Counted from the first letter of the stretch, positions 8,576 to 17,425 are shown. The stretch: DNA of 64,000 bases from Chloroflexota bacterium (GCA_040753815.1 JBFMDU010000016.1:64811-128810); one strand, 5' to 3'. The notes: generated by a model from the sequence alone, not told the origin. Program-made: numbers and translations.

Positions 8576-9340
8576 TTACATTGTCTGAGGGTTGCACACT
8601 TCGAAATTTATTAAAGGGATCAGTATTATGCCCCTTTCTTCTGCTTTCTTTTTAGCTATATCAATCAGTGATAGCTGGCGTGGTCTCCTAAGAGCGGAGG
8701 AAATGTCAAACGAGAAATCCATCAAGACATACTTCAGTGGAGCGGGTGTACCACTAAGTTGCTTTTCCGCTTCTTCCAAAGTCTTAAGAACCTTACTAAG
8801 TAGCGGGTTCTTGGCAGGATCGTCATCGAGAAATCGTGTGTTGACTTCTCGTGCTTCAGTCTTAACACAGCATCTCCTGATATATTTTCTGAAATCATTT
8901 GATGTATGAATGCTTTTGCATTCCATCGCCGCAATCAGATTACCAGCATGCCCTCGTGCTATCAGGTCGGGTGTTGGCTGGTCGGTTGTTTGATTGAAGC
9001 TGATTACGGCTTGCTTATGTTTCTCACTCAACCAACCCCAACCAAGAATCTCAACGAGGGCATCCAAGAACTTATCATTGTATTCATTCTTAAACGAATC
9101 AGCGTTCTCGGGTATTATCATAGTGAATCGACGAATTAGCCATTCCCGATCGGCGACCGGCATATCAGTCACTATATTATCCAAGCGGGTCATTATTGAG
9201 GAAATAACCGGATGCGAGATACTAGTCTTTGCCTTGAATATCCAAGCATTTACGCCACCGATTTGCTTAGCCCTTGTCTCAAAACCAGAGGTAATCTGAT
9301 CTAGATTGAAATACGTCATCGTAAGTTCATTATCAAGCAC
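8576..9340 (-). CDS. Hypothetical protein with candidate PD-(D/E)xK nuclease motif (low-GC insert)
   Basis: 254 aa. TPDLIARGHAGNLIAAMECKSIH fits PD-x(n)-E-x-K spacing. Start is ambiguous (GTG 9340 or ATG 9319). AT-rich. Confidence 0.45.
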   Translation of the reverse strand: MLDNELTMTYFNLDQITSGFETRAKQIGGVNAWIFKAKTSISHPVISSIMTRLDNIVTDMPVADREWLIRRFTMIIPENADSFKNEYNDKFLDALVEILGWGWLSEKHKQAVISFNQTTDQPTPDLIARGHAGNLIAAMECKSIHTSNDFRKYIRRCCVKTEAREVNTRFLDDDPAKNPLLSKVLKTLEEAEKQLSGTPAPLKYVLMDFSFDISSALRRPRQLSLIDIAKKKAEERGIILIPLINFEVCNPQTM

Positions 9341-9477
9341 CGTATGAACATTCTACTAAAGACGCATGTCATACAATATCGGGACTTACGGTCATGGTTA
9401 ATAATCGCCTCAATTAACCCTTTACAACCCAACCTTACAATTTCCTCCACTGAGACATAAAGGTCTACGATCTATCC

Positions 9478-11331
9478 CTACCGCCCCAACACCCTCTCAT
9501 CCCCTACCCGCTTTGTCACCTTTTTCTCGTCGAGGTATTCCAAGAAGGCCTGGGCGTACTTGCGGCTGGTGGCGAACATGTCGCGGACTTCGGCCAGGGT
9601 GATTTTACCCTTGCTCCTGAGGTGCGCGGTGACCTTCTGCACCATCTCGTCATAGGCCGCGGCGGAAAAGACCACGCCCTCGGCTACCCTGACCACCTTG
9701 CGCTCCTCGATAAGCAGGTTCAGGAGGTCGCCTTCGGGGATAAGCTCGCCCGGTGGCGCGTAGGGCTTCTCTTTCAGCGCCTCGAGGAAGGCATCAACCT
9801 TCTTTTGCTGTTCCGGAGTCAGCTTAACCCGGTGCTCCGGCAGGCGCACCGATAGGCCAAGCTCCACCAACCATCCCTCAGTAGATAACCGTGAGATAAT
9901 ATCGTTGGTAAAGACGCCGGTCTTGAGGCGGCTGGTCAACTCCGCTTTAGGCATACCGGGCCGGGCCGGGAAACGCTTGTGGTACTCGCCCACTACCGCC
10001 ACTGCATTATCCGCCAGCCTCTGCCAGCCAGTCCCAGTATAAAGCTGGCGCCGCTCACCGGAACCGATAACCACTACCTTGCCGTCTTTGACCAGCGAGT
10101 CCAGCGCCGCCTGCGCTTCGGCCTCCGGCATGGTCAACTGTTTCAGGAAGGCGGCTAGCTCGACCGGCTGTTTCGACTCAAGCCGGGCCAGGATAACACC
10201 TTCCGGCGAGCCTTCCGTCCGCTTTTCCAGCCCTTCAATGACCCCGGCGCGAAAGCGCTTGAGACGCTTCGAACGGGCGCTGACCACCTCGCCGCCGCCA
10301 ACGGTCTCCATCGGGGTGCGGATGATAAAACGGTCGCCGTCAATCACCGCTACCGGCGATTCAAGGACCATCTGCGCCCATGACTCCTCGCCCGGCTTAA
10401 GCTCGTCCTTATCAAGCAGGCGCACCTTGCCCATCGCCTCGGCGGTGCCGGTGTGGACACTGACCTCGGCATTGTGCTTGAGCGGCGATTTGACATACGG
10501 CAGGAGCTTCAACCGGGCACTGAACATATTGGTCGGGACCAGCCAGCCCGGCCTGGTCAGGACATCGCCGCGCTTCAACTGCCCGGTCTCAACGCCCACG
10601 ATATTGGCGGCGACACGGCTCCCGGGCAGGGCTTTTTCCACCGCCGAGCGGTGGGTCTGCAGGCCGCGGAGGCGGCTCTTAATCCCGGCCGGGACTATCT
10701 CCACCTCCATGCCGACCGAGAGCGCGCCGTCAATCAGCGTGCCGGTGACCACTGTGCCGGCGCCGGCGATGGTGAAAACACGGTCGATAGGAAGACGGGG
10801 GCGGCCGAGGTCACGCCTCGGCTCGGTGGTCTTAAGAACGGCGTCAATGGTCGAAAGAAGCTCGGGAATGCCCTCACCGGTCACGGCGGAGACCGCCAGG
10901 ACCGGCGACCCTTTTAAGACAGTACCGGCAAGAAGCTCGGCAACTTCCATGCTGACCAGGGTGACCATATCGGCATCGACCAGGTCTTTCTTGGTGATGA
11001 CGGCGATGCCGCGCCGGACGCCGATGAGGTCGAGGATAGCCAGGTGCTCCCGGGTCTGCGGCATGATGCCCTCGTTGGCGGCGACGATAAGCAGGGCCAG
11101 GTCAATGCCGCCGACTCCGGCCAGCATATTCTTGATAAAACGTTCGTGGCCGGGGACATCGACGATGCCAACCTCGCGCCCGCCGGGGAGCTTGAGCCAG
11201 GCGAAGCCGAGGTCGATGGTCATGCCGCGCTCTTTCTCCTCGCGGAGGCGGTCGGGGTCGATGCCGGTCAGGGCGCGGATGAGCGCCGATTTACCGTGGT
11301 CGATGTGGCCGGCGGTGCCAAGGACATACAA
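9478..11331 (-). CDS. selB: Selenocysteine-specific translation elongation factor SelB
   Basis: 617 aa. N-terminal GTPase motifs AGHIDHGKS, DVPGHERF and TKKD. Long C-terminal winged-helix extension. TTG start. Confidence 0.95.
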   Translation of the reverse strand: MYVLGTAGHIDHGKSALIRALTGIDPDRLREEKERGMTIDLGFAWLKLPGGREVGIVDVPGHERFIKNMLAGVGGIDLALLIVAANEGIMPQTREHLAILDLIGVRRGIAVITKKDLVDADMVTLVSMEVAELLAGTVLKGSPVLAVSAVTGEGIPELLSTIDAVLKTTEPRRDLGRPRLPIDRVFTIAGAGTVVTGTLIDGALSVGMEVEIVPAGIKSRLRGLQTHRSAVEKALPGSRVAANIVGVETGQLKRGDVLTRPGWLVPTNMFSARLKLLPYVKSPLKHNAEVSVHTGTAEAMGKVRLLDKDELKPGEESWAQMVLESPVAVIDGDRFIIRTPMETVGGGEVVSARSKRLKRFRAGVIEGLEKRTEGSPEGVILARLESKQPVELAAFLKQLTMPEAEAQAALDSLVKDGKVVVIGSGERRQLYTGTGWQRLADNAVAVVGEYHKRFPARPGMPKAELTSRLKTGVFTNDIISRLSTEGWLVELGLSVRLPEHRVKLTPEQQKKVDAFLEALKEKPYAPPGELIPEGDLLNLLIEERKVVRVAEGVVFSAAAYDEMVQKVTAHLRSKGKITLAEVRDMFATSRKYAQAFLEYLDEKKVTKRVGDERVLGR

Positions 11332-11355
11332 AGGGGTTCACCCCTCCCTCTATGA

Positions 11356-11408
11356 CTCCCTCCCTCTAAGGGGAGGGAGGAGACTTTTCAAGAGGGCTGA
11401 CGCCCTCT
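11356..11408. repeat. Pair of GC-rich intercistronic hairpins (type A CTCCCTCCC/GGGAGGGAG; type B AGAGGGC/GCCCTCT)
   Basis: A 9-bp stem at 11356-11379 and a 7-bp stem at 11391-11408 lie between the selA stop and the selB start. The same two hairpin types recur at 60224-60277. Confidence 0.6.
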
Positions 11409-11440
11409 CGAACACCCGGGAGACGGACGGATACCATGCC

Positions 11441-11470
11441 CCGCCGGATCTCTCACTTCGTTCGAGATGG
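11441..11470. repeat. REP-like element (half unit, inverted orientation)
   Basis: CCGCCGGATCTCTCACTTCGTTCGAGATGG is the reverse complement of the GTCATCTCGAACGCAGTGAGAGATCCGGCGG arm seen at 12982. Confidence 0.6.
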
Positions 11471-11480
11471 TGGGATAGGT

Positions 11481-12866
11481 TCAAGATGACGGGATGGGTT
11501 CAACATGGTGTAAAGCCTCTATAACCAGCCTGTCCTCGTCGGGCAGGACGGTGCGCGGGTCGAGGAGAAGGCGGTCTTTCTCGACACGACCGATGACGGG
11601 CACGGGACAACTGCGTAAACTCTCCGATAGCTTCTTGCCGCCGGGGAGCGCTACCAGCTTCGTCGGCAGACTGCCGCCGGGGATACTGCCGCCGCCGACC
11701 ATGGTCCGACCGTCAATGACTTCAGCGCCGGCCGCTTTCGCCCATACCTTCGCCCGTTTTTCGATATCACTAAGGGGCATCGAAATCATCTGCCAGACAG
11801 GTATCTTCGCCACAGCCTCGCCTTTAAGATAATGGACGAGCGTCGCACGAAGCCCGGCCAGCCGGGTCTTATCAACACGAACCGCCCGCGCCAGGGGATG
11901 CTTCTTGAGCTTATCAACCAGCGTTTTCTTACCAACAATGATTCCAGCCTGTGGCCCGCCGACCAGCTTATCGCCGGAGAAGAAGACCAGCCCGGCGCCG
12001 CCGGCGATGCTTTCCTGCACGGTCGGCTCGTGCTCCAGGCCAAACGGCGCCGTATCAAGGAAACAGCCGCTGCCGAGATCATCGAGAACGACAAGACTAT
12101 GCTTCTTTGTCAGCGCAATCATCTCCTCAAGGGTGACGAAATGGGTAAAGCCGACGACGCGGAAGTTGCTGGAATGGACGCGCAGGAAGGCCGCAGTCCG
12201 GGGCGTGACGGCCTGCTCGTAGTCAGCGGTGTAGGTGCAGTTGGTGGTGCCAACCTCGACCAGTTTCGCCCCGCTCTGGCGCATGACATCTGGGACGCGG
12301 AAGCCGCCGCCGATTTCCACCGCCTGCCCGCGGGAGACGATGACCTCCTTACGCTTCGCCAGCGCCGTAAGGCCCAGCAGAACGGCCGAAGCGTTGTTAT
12401 TAACTACCAGCGCGGCTTCGGCGCCAGTCAACCGGCAGAGAATGGACTCGATATGGACGTTCCGGGAGCCGCGCTCGCCGGTGGCGACATCGAACTCAAG
12501 GTCGCAATTGCCAGCAGCCACGGCTTTCATGGCCTCGATGGCTTCGGCGCTCAAAGGAGCGCGACCGAGGTTAGTATGGATGATGACCCCGCTGGCGTTG
12601 ATGACGCGGCGCGGGGAAGGCCCGTCGAGCGCCAGGACATGCTGAGAGACAGTACTGGCGATAACCTCAACTGACGGAGGCGGCCTACCCGAGGCGATGC
12701 CTTTTCTGGCCGCATCCAGTTGGTCACGAACGAAGCCGACGAGCAGGTCATGAGGATAGCTCAGGCTGAGTTCCTTTACCCGCTCATGGGCAAGGACACG
12801 GTCAACGGATGGGAGGTCACGGTAAGCGAACATACTGGGAAATTCTACTATACGATTAGAGGACAA
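11481..12866 (-). CDS. selA: L-seryl-tRNA(Sec) selenium transferase SelA
   Basis: 461 aa. YRDLPSVDRVL N-terminal motif, NLGRAPL, PLP-enzyme core, and a FSGDKLVGGPQAGII lysine region. Start may instead be the ATG at 12833. Confidence 0.93.
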   Translation of the reverse strand: MSSNRIVEFPSMFAYRDLPSVDRVLAHERVKELSLSYPHDLLVGFVRDQLDAARKGIASGRPPPSVEVIASTVSQHVLALDGPSPRRVINASGVIIHTNLGRAPLSAEAIEAMKAVAAGNCDLEFDVATGERGSRNVHIESILCRLTGAEAALVVNNNASAVLLGLTALAKRKEVIVSRGQAVEIGGGFRVPDVMRQSGAKLVEVGTTNCTYTADYEQAVTPRTAAFLRVHSSNFRVVGFTHFVTLEEMIALTKKHSLVVLDDLGSGCFLDTAPFGLEHEPTVQESIAGGAGLVFFSGDKLVGGPQAGIIVGKKTLVDKLKKHPLARAVRVDKTRLAGLRATLVHYLKGEAVAKIPVWQMISMPLSDIEKRAKVWAKAAGAEVIDGRTMVGGGSIPGGSLPTKLVALPGGKKLSESLRSCPVPVIGRVEKDRLLLDPRTVLPDEDRLVIEALHHVEPIPSS

Positions 12867-12894
12867 ACAAACGGACTGGGGTGAATCTTAAATA

Positions 12895-12975
12895 TCATTC
12901 CGAGCGAAGCGAGGAATCTGGGGAGGAATGACCCATCCTCCAGATTCCTCAGTCGCTGTGGCTCCTTCGGAATGG
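12895..12975. repeat. REP-like dispersed palindromic element (full unit)
   Basis: TCATTCCGAGCGAAGCGAGGAATCTGG ... CCAGATTCCTCAGTCGCTGTGGCTCCTTCGGAATGG. The arms are reverse-complementary. Confidence 0.7.
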
Positions 12976-12981
12976 CATAGT

Positions 12982-13069
12982 GTCATCTCGAACGCAGTGA
13001 GAGATCCGGCGGGGCGGGGCTTAATTTGCCACCACCCCAGATTTCTCGGCCCATAAAGCCTCGAAATGG
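12982..13069. repeat. REP-like dispersed palindromic element (full unit, variant)
   Basis: GTCATCTCGAACGCAGTGAGAGATCCGGCGGGG ... CCCCAGATTTCTCGGCCCATAAAGCCTCGAAATGG. In tandem with the preceding unit. Confidence 0.7.
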
Positions 13070-13085
13070 TTGGCCTGTCCAGCCA

Positions 13086-13094
13086 TGCTATAAT
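13086..13094 (+). promoter_or_regulatory. Candidate extended -10 promoter element upstream of selD
   Basis: TGcTATAAT lies 34 nt upstream of the selD ATG, and a GGAGAC RBS follows. No convincing -35. Confidence 0.3.
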
Positions 13095-13127
13095 GCGGCA
13101 TACCCATCGAACCGCTGGAAGGAGACT

Positions 13128-14174
13128 ATGACCAAGAAGCCCCTCCGCTTGACCGAAGCCGTCCGTGCCTCGGGTTGAGCTTCCAAGTTAAGTCCAGGGG
13201 ACCTGGACAAAGCCCTGTGCGGCCTGCCGTTCGTCTCTGACGACAACGTCCTGCGCGGCATGACCGACCTGGACAACGCCGGCGTCTATAAGCTGAGCGA
13301 TGACACCGCCATCATTCAGACGCTCGACTTCTTCACGCCGGTAGTTGACGACCCGTACGCCTTCGGTAAGATTGCCGCAGCCAACGCCCTGAGTGACGTT
13401 TACGCCATGGGCGGTCGGCCGCTCACGGCCATGAATATCGCCGGGTTTCCATCGAAGTCGCTCGATATCTCAATACTGCGCGAAATCCTGCGCGGCGGCG
13501 CCGAGAAGCTCATGGAGGCAGGTGTGGTGCTCATTGGTGGCCACACTGTCGACGACAACGAACTCAAGTACGGCCTTTCAGTCACCGGAGTGGTGCATCC
13601 TGAACGGCTTATCACCAATGGCGGTGCCAAGCCCGGCGACGGGTTAATTCTCACCAAACCACTTGGCCTCGGCATCATGACCACGGCGCTCAAGGCGGGC
13701 AGGTTGGATAAGACCGCCACAGCCCGCATCACTTCGGTCATGGCAGCGCTCAATGATAAGGCTTCCCAGCTAATGCAGGAAGCCGGCGTCCATGCCGGCA
13801 CCGATATCACCGGCTTCGGCCTGGCCGGCCACGCCATCAGTATGGCCCAGAACAGCGGCGCTGGAATCAGAATCGATTCATCAGCCCTGCCGGTATTCCC
13901 CGAGGCTCCGAAACTCGCCGCTCAGGGTCTATGCCCTGGCGGTCTCCACAAGAACCGGGAGTTCTATTCGCCCATGGTCAGGCTGGCCAGGGGACTGCCC
14001 GACTGGGTTTCCGACATCATCTACGACCCGCAGACATCCGGGGGACTGCTCATTTCAGTACCTTCAAGCAAAACGGCAGACCTGCTCCGGAGTCTCAAGA
14101 AGGCCGAAATCACCGATGCCGCCGTCATTGGTGAAGTAGTGAAAAGCCCCCGGGGCATCCTGACCGTAAGGTGA
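13128..14174 (+). CDS. selD: Selenide, water dikinase SelD, selenocysteine-containing (in-frame TGA at 13176-13178)
   Basis: The ORF track reports only 13260-14174. Reading upstream in frame gives MTKKPLRLTEAVRASG-U-ASKLSPGDLDKAL, the canonical SelD N-terminus G(C/U)xxK with TGA at the catalytic position. An RBS precedes the ATG at 13128. Confidence 0.88.
13192..13208 (+). promoter_or_regulatory. Candidate bacterial SECIS hairpin for the selD UGA
   Basis: Perfect inverted repeat GTCCAGG-gga-CCTGGAC starts 14 nt 3' of the TGA. GCTT/AAGC could form a lower stem. Confidence 0.5.
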
Positions 14175-14854
14175 AGCTGGTCTTCATCCACGGAAGCGGC
14201 GGCTTCGGCGGCGTCTGGCACAAACAGCTTGCCCATTTCAAAGACGCCGACGCCATAACCCGGCCCGGCCATCCCGAGGACAAGCCGCTTGGTAGCATGG
14301 AAGTTGTAGTTGACTGGCTTCATAACTACATTTCTAGCCGGAGCTACCGGGAAATCGTACTATGCGGCCACTCGATGGGCGGCGGCATTGCTCTGGCATA
14401 CACGCTGAAATATCCGGATGATGTCATCGGGCTGGTGCTGGCGGACTCAACTTCGCGGATGGGCATGCCGCCGGCCTTCTATAACGACCCGGAAGCCTTT
14501 GTCAACGACATTGACGGCTACCTGAAACGTCTCAAGGAGCAGTTCAAGCGGCTCCCTGTCCACGAACGGGACAGCCTGATTATGCGGATGCTGGGGGTCG
14601 GGACCTCAGGACGGCTCGCAGACATGACGGCCATGAGGGATTTTGATGTTTCCGGCCGTCTGAAAGAAATCAAGGTGCCGGTCCAGGTCATTATCGGCGC
14701 TGAGGACGCGATACCGAGGGCTTCTTTCGAACGGCTTGTTGCCGGTATCCCGGATGCCCGTCTTGAGGTCATCGAGAATGCCGGACACTACGTAATGCTG
14801 GACCAGCCGGATAAGTTCAACCGGATGCTGGGTGAATTCCTAGGCTCTCTTTAG
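14171..14854 (+). CDS. Alpha/beta-fold hydrolase
   Basis: 227 aa. The nucleophile elbow GHSMGG, the HGSGG oxyanion region and a C-terminal GH motif are present. The GTG start overlaps the selD stop. Confidence 0.75.
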   Translation: MKLVFIHGSGGFGGVWHKQLAHFKDADAITRPGHPEDKPLGSMEVVVDWLHNYISSRSYREIVLCGHSMGGGIALAYTLKYPDDVIGLVLADSTSRMGMPPAFYNDPEAFVNDIDGYLKRLKEQFKRLPVHERDSLIMRMLGVGTSGRLADMTAMRDFDVSGRLKEIKVPVQVIIGAEDAIPRASFERLVAGIPDARLEVIENAGHYVMLDQPDKFNRMLGEFLGSL

Positions 14855-14865
14855 AAAAGATTACC

Positions 14866-16788
14866 CTATCCCGGGAAGACCTTCTTCGGCCAGTCACTGC
14901 CGCGTCTGGGTGGCATGGGAGGAGGTGGCGGCTCCGGAGACTCAGATGATTCATCCGCAGGGAGCGGCGACTTCTTCGATTTCTGCCCATTCTGCTCGTC
15001 GGCCTCTTTTACCGCACCACGCAGAGCATCAATGGACGCATCAAGCGTTTCGTCATCGGACGCAGGCACGGCCTGAGCAGACCGTTTCCTGGAAGAAGAC
15101 GCCCTTGGCGGCGCTACCGGCTTGTAGCCGGCCAGTGGCTCGCCCGGTGCCGGCCGGACCAGGTCGTCTGCGGCTTTGTTAGCGGCGCGCGATGTTTGTT
15201 CCTCGCGATTCACGTCCTCATGAGAGGCACGGCTGACCGGCTGCGAGGCTTCCTTTACGGCCTCAACCGCACTTTCCGAGGCCGCTTTAGCGGTACGCCC
15301 GATTTCCTCAGCCTTGAGCACGTACTGTTTTAACGACTCAACCGCACGGTCAACCGCCTCTTTAGCGGCGCGATTGGACGCCTCGGCTGCGGTCTTTGCT
15401 TCCTGTGCCGCTTTTTCAACGGCGGCTACTGCTTCACGGGACGCCTCCTGGGAAAGCCGGGCAGCTTCACGACTGCTCTGCTCGGCATCATCGGCGATTT
15501 CACGCACGGCGCGTATCGCGGCATCAGCCGCTTCTTTAGCTGATTTCCCGGTCAATTCCACCCGGCGCACCGCCTCCTGCGAAGCACGTGTCGCGGCCTC
15601 AGCGGCCTCCTTTATCGCCTTGCCTATCACATCAGCCTGTTCCCGGGCTGCGGCTGAGGCCGCCTGTGTGCTTTCCCGGGCGGTCATTTCCACCTGCCGG
15701 AGCCTGCCCAGGGCCTCATCAACCGCCCCACGGGACTTGTCCTCGACTTCACGTGCGGCACGGACAGCGTCTTCAACAGCGTTCTTGGCCGTTGTAACCG
15801 CCGCTATGGCAGATTCCTTTGCCGACTTCACCATAGTCTGGACCCGGGCAATAGCCTCCTGACAGGCTTCCTCCGGTGCCTGGATGGCCTCCTTGACGGA
15901 GTCAACCGCGTTCCGGGCTGTCTCCTTGACCGCGGCTGTGGACTCTTCCGTTGACGCCCTGGCGGCGCTCGCCGCTTCTTCTACCCGCTCAATAGCGTCT
16001 TTAGAGATATCGCTGACCTTTTCCACCACGTCTTTAAGCGAGTGGACCGCCTCAGTAGATGTCTCCGTGGCCTTCCGGCTCGCTTCCTCCACCTTAAAGA
16101 TAGCGTCTTCAGAAGTCCTTGAGGCTGAATCGGCGGCATCCTTCAACTGGTCAAGCGCCGACTCTGCGGTGTTCTCAACAGCCTTTACTTTCTCTTCGAC
16201 CTGCCCGACTGCCGCCTTGAAAGCGGCGTCAAGCTCCTGCGCCTGCTTCCTCATTTCGCGGTCAAGTTCCTCAATTCTTGCGACAGCTTCACGGGAGGCC
16301 TGGGTCATGTCCTGGGCGACCTCACGAGCCGTCCGGGCAGCCTCATCCGCCGCTTCCTTGGCTTCAGCGGCGGCGGCCTTGGCCTGCTCTATGGCTTGCC
16401 GGGAAGCATCCTGGGCTGACCTGGCGGCCTCCTTAGCGGCGGCGACTGCCTCATTGGTCGCTTCATGGCTCAAGGCCGCAGCTTCTTTAACCGCGTTCTG
16501 AAGTTCACGGATAGCTTCGTCAGCCTTCTCTCCCGCGGTCTTGGCCATCTCCAGCGCCTTGCGCGCCGTCTCGGTGGTCGACCTATCCAGAGCTTCGGCC
16601 CGGCTCATCGCTTTCTGCGCCGACTTGGTCGCCTCAAGGGCCGCTGACTTGGTATCCCTGGCAATCTGTTCGAGACGGCTGACAACATCCTCGGCCTTCT
16701 GCGCCGCCATTACCGCATCGGATGCGGCAGATTCAGCTTTTTCCTCAGCCTGTAGTGCGTCTCTCTCGAAACTTCTTCTGGTAGTCAT
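14866..16788 (-). CDS. Ala/Glu-rich repetitive helical protein with Pro-rich C-terminal tail
   Basis: 640 aa. About 520 aa of degenerate A/E/K/S/T-rich helical repeats (e.g. EAVxxAxEAAxxA) are followed by a basic/Pro-rich tail ending PPPPMPPRRGSDWPKKVFPG. No signal peptide or TM segment. Confidence 0.6.
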   Translation of the reverse strand: MTTRRSFERDALQAEEKAESAASDAVMAAQKAEDVVSRLEQIARDTKSAALEATKSAQKAMSRAEALDRSTTETARKALEMAKTAGEKADEAIRELQNAVKEAAALSHEATNEAVAAAKEAARSAQDASRQAIEQAKAAAAEAKEAADEAARTAREVAQDMTQASREAVARIEELDREMRKQAQELDAAFKAAVGQVEEKVKAVENTAESALDQLKDAADSASRTSEDAIFKVEEASRKATETSTEAVHSLKDVVEKVSDISKDAIERVEEAASAARASTEESTAAVKETARNAVDSVKEAIQAPEEACQEAIARVQTMVKSAKESAIAAVTTAKNAVEDAVRAAREVEDKSRGAVDEALGRLRQVEMTARESTQAASAAAREQADVIGKAIKEAAEAATRASQEAVRRVELTGKSAKEAADAAIRAVREIADDAEQSSREAARLSQEASREAVAAVEKAAQEAKTAAEASNRAAKEAVDRAVESLKQYVLKAEEIGRTAKAASESAVEAVKEASQPVSRASHEDVNREEQTSRAANKAADDLVRPAPGEPLAGYKPVAPPRASSSRKRSAQAVPASDDETLDASIDALRGAVKEADEQNGQKSKKSPLPADESSESPEPPPPPMPPRRGSDWPKKVFPG

Positions 16789-16963
16789 AGCCGTCTCTCC
16801 CGCCGGACAACCGGCATGATGTCGTTGAGGCAGTTGAAGTTATTCTATGCCCGCAAGCCGGGGTTTTCAATGGGGGAAAGATTCGTGGTGGGTAATACCA
16901 ACCGCTCCAAAGACATGATAGACTAATCGCATTGCGCCAGCGACTTGAGAGGAGGTCCAGCCC

Positions 16964-17410
16964 GTGGATATCAAGGAGATTTTCCGCAAGAAATTTGAGA
17001 CTTACCGTAAGGTGACGGACCAGTCCGGCGAGCAGAAGGCATGGGAGACGCTCTTTCAGGGTTATCCGGAACGGCAGAAGGCCAACATGGGAAGGATGAT
17101 TGATAACTGTAGCCTCGCTGAAGGCTTCGCTAAAGGCATCCCGCTCTACAAGCAGATGGGCATGGATATGCAGGTAATCGACCTTTCCAGCGACAAGGTC
17201 GATGCCGTCCTCGAAATCCAGCGCACCTGCCCGGCGCTGGCCGGTGGCCTTCACAAGGAGTTCGGCTTCGAAAAGCCGTGCAAAATAATATGCGACATGG
17301 ACATCGCCGCCACTCAGGCGGCGTTCCCGGGCATGAAAGGCGAGCGCCTTGCCGCTATGGGTGAAGGCGATGTTGTCTGCCTCTTTAAATATGAGCGGCC
17401 GAAGAAATAA
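16964..17410 (+). CDS. Hypothetical protein (possibly ATC-hydrolase-like family)
   Basis: 148 aa. The Cys pattern RTCPAL...PCKIICDMD...GDVVCLFKYE resembles the L-2-amino-thiazoline-4-carboxylate hydrolase family (PF14196). This is a weak call by eye. Confidence 0.4.
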   Translation: MDIKEIFRKKFETYRKVTDQSGEQKAWETLFQGYPERQKANMGRMIDNCSLAEGFAKGIPLYKQMGMDMQVIDLSSDKVDAVLEIQRTCPALAGGLHKEFGFEKPCKIICDMDIAATQAAFPGMKGERLAAMGEGDVVCLFKYERPKK

Positions 17411-17425
17411 TGGCAGGATGGAACC

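Noticed and set aside
10079-11524. 481-aa ORF on the plus strand
   Set aside because: It is entirely antisense to selB. Its Ser/Arg/Pro/Thr-rich low-complexity translation is typical of a shadow frame in GC-rich DNA, and selB has unmistakable GTPase motifs.
15314-16819. Several long plus-strand ORFs (15314-15862, 15884-16501, 16541-16819)
   Set aside because: They are shadow ORFs opposite the Ala/Glu-rich gene. GCN/GAR codon bias keeps the complementary frames open, and their translations are Ser/Ala low-complexity strings with no starts supported by an RBS.
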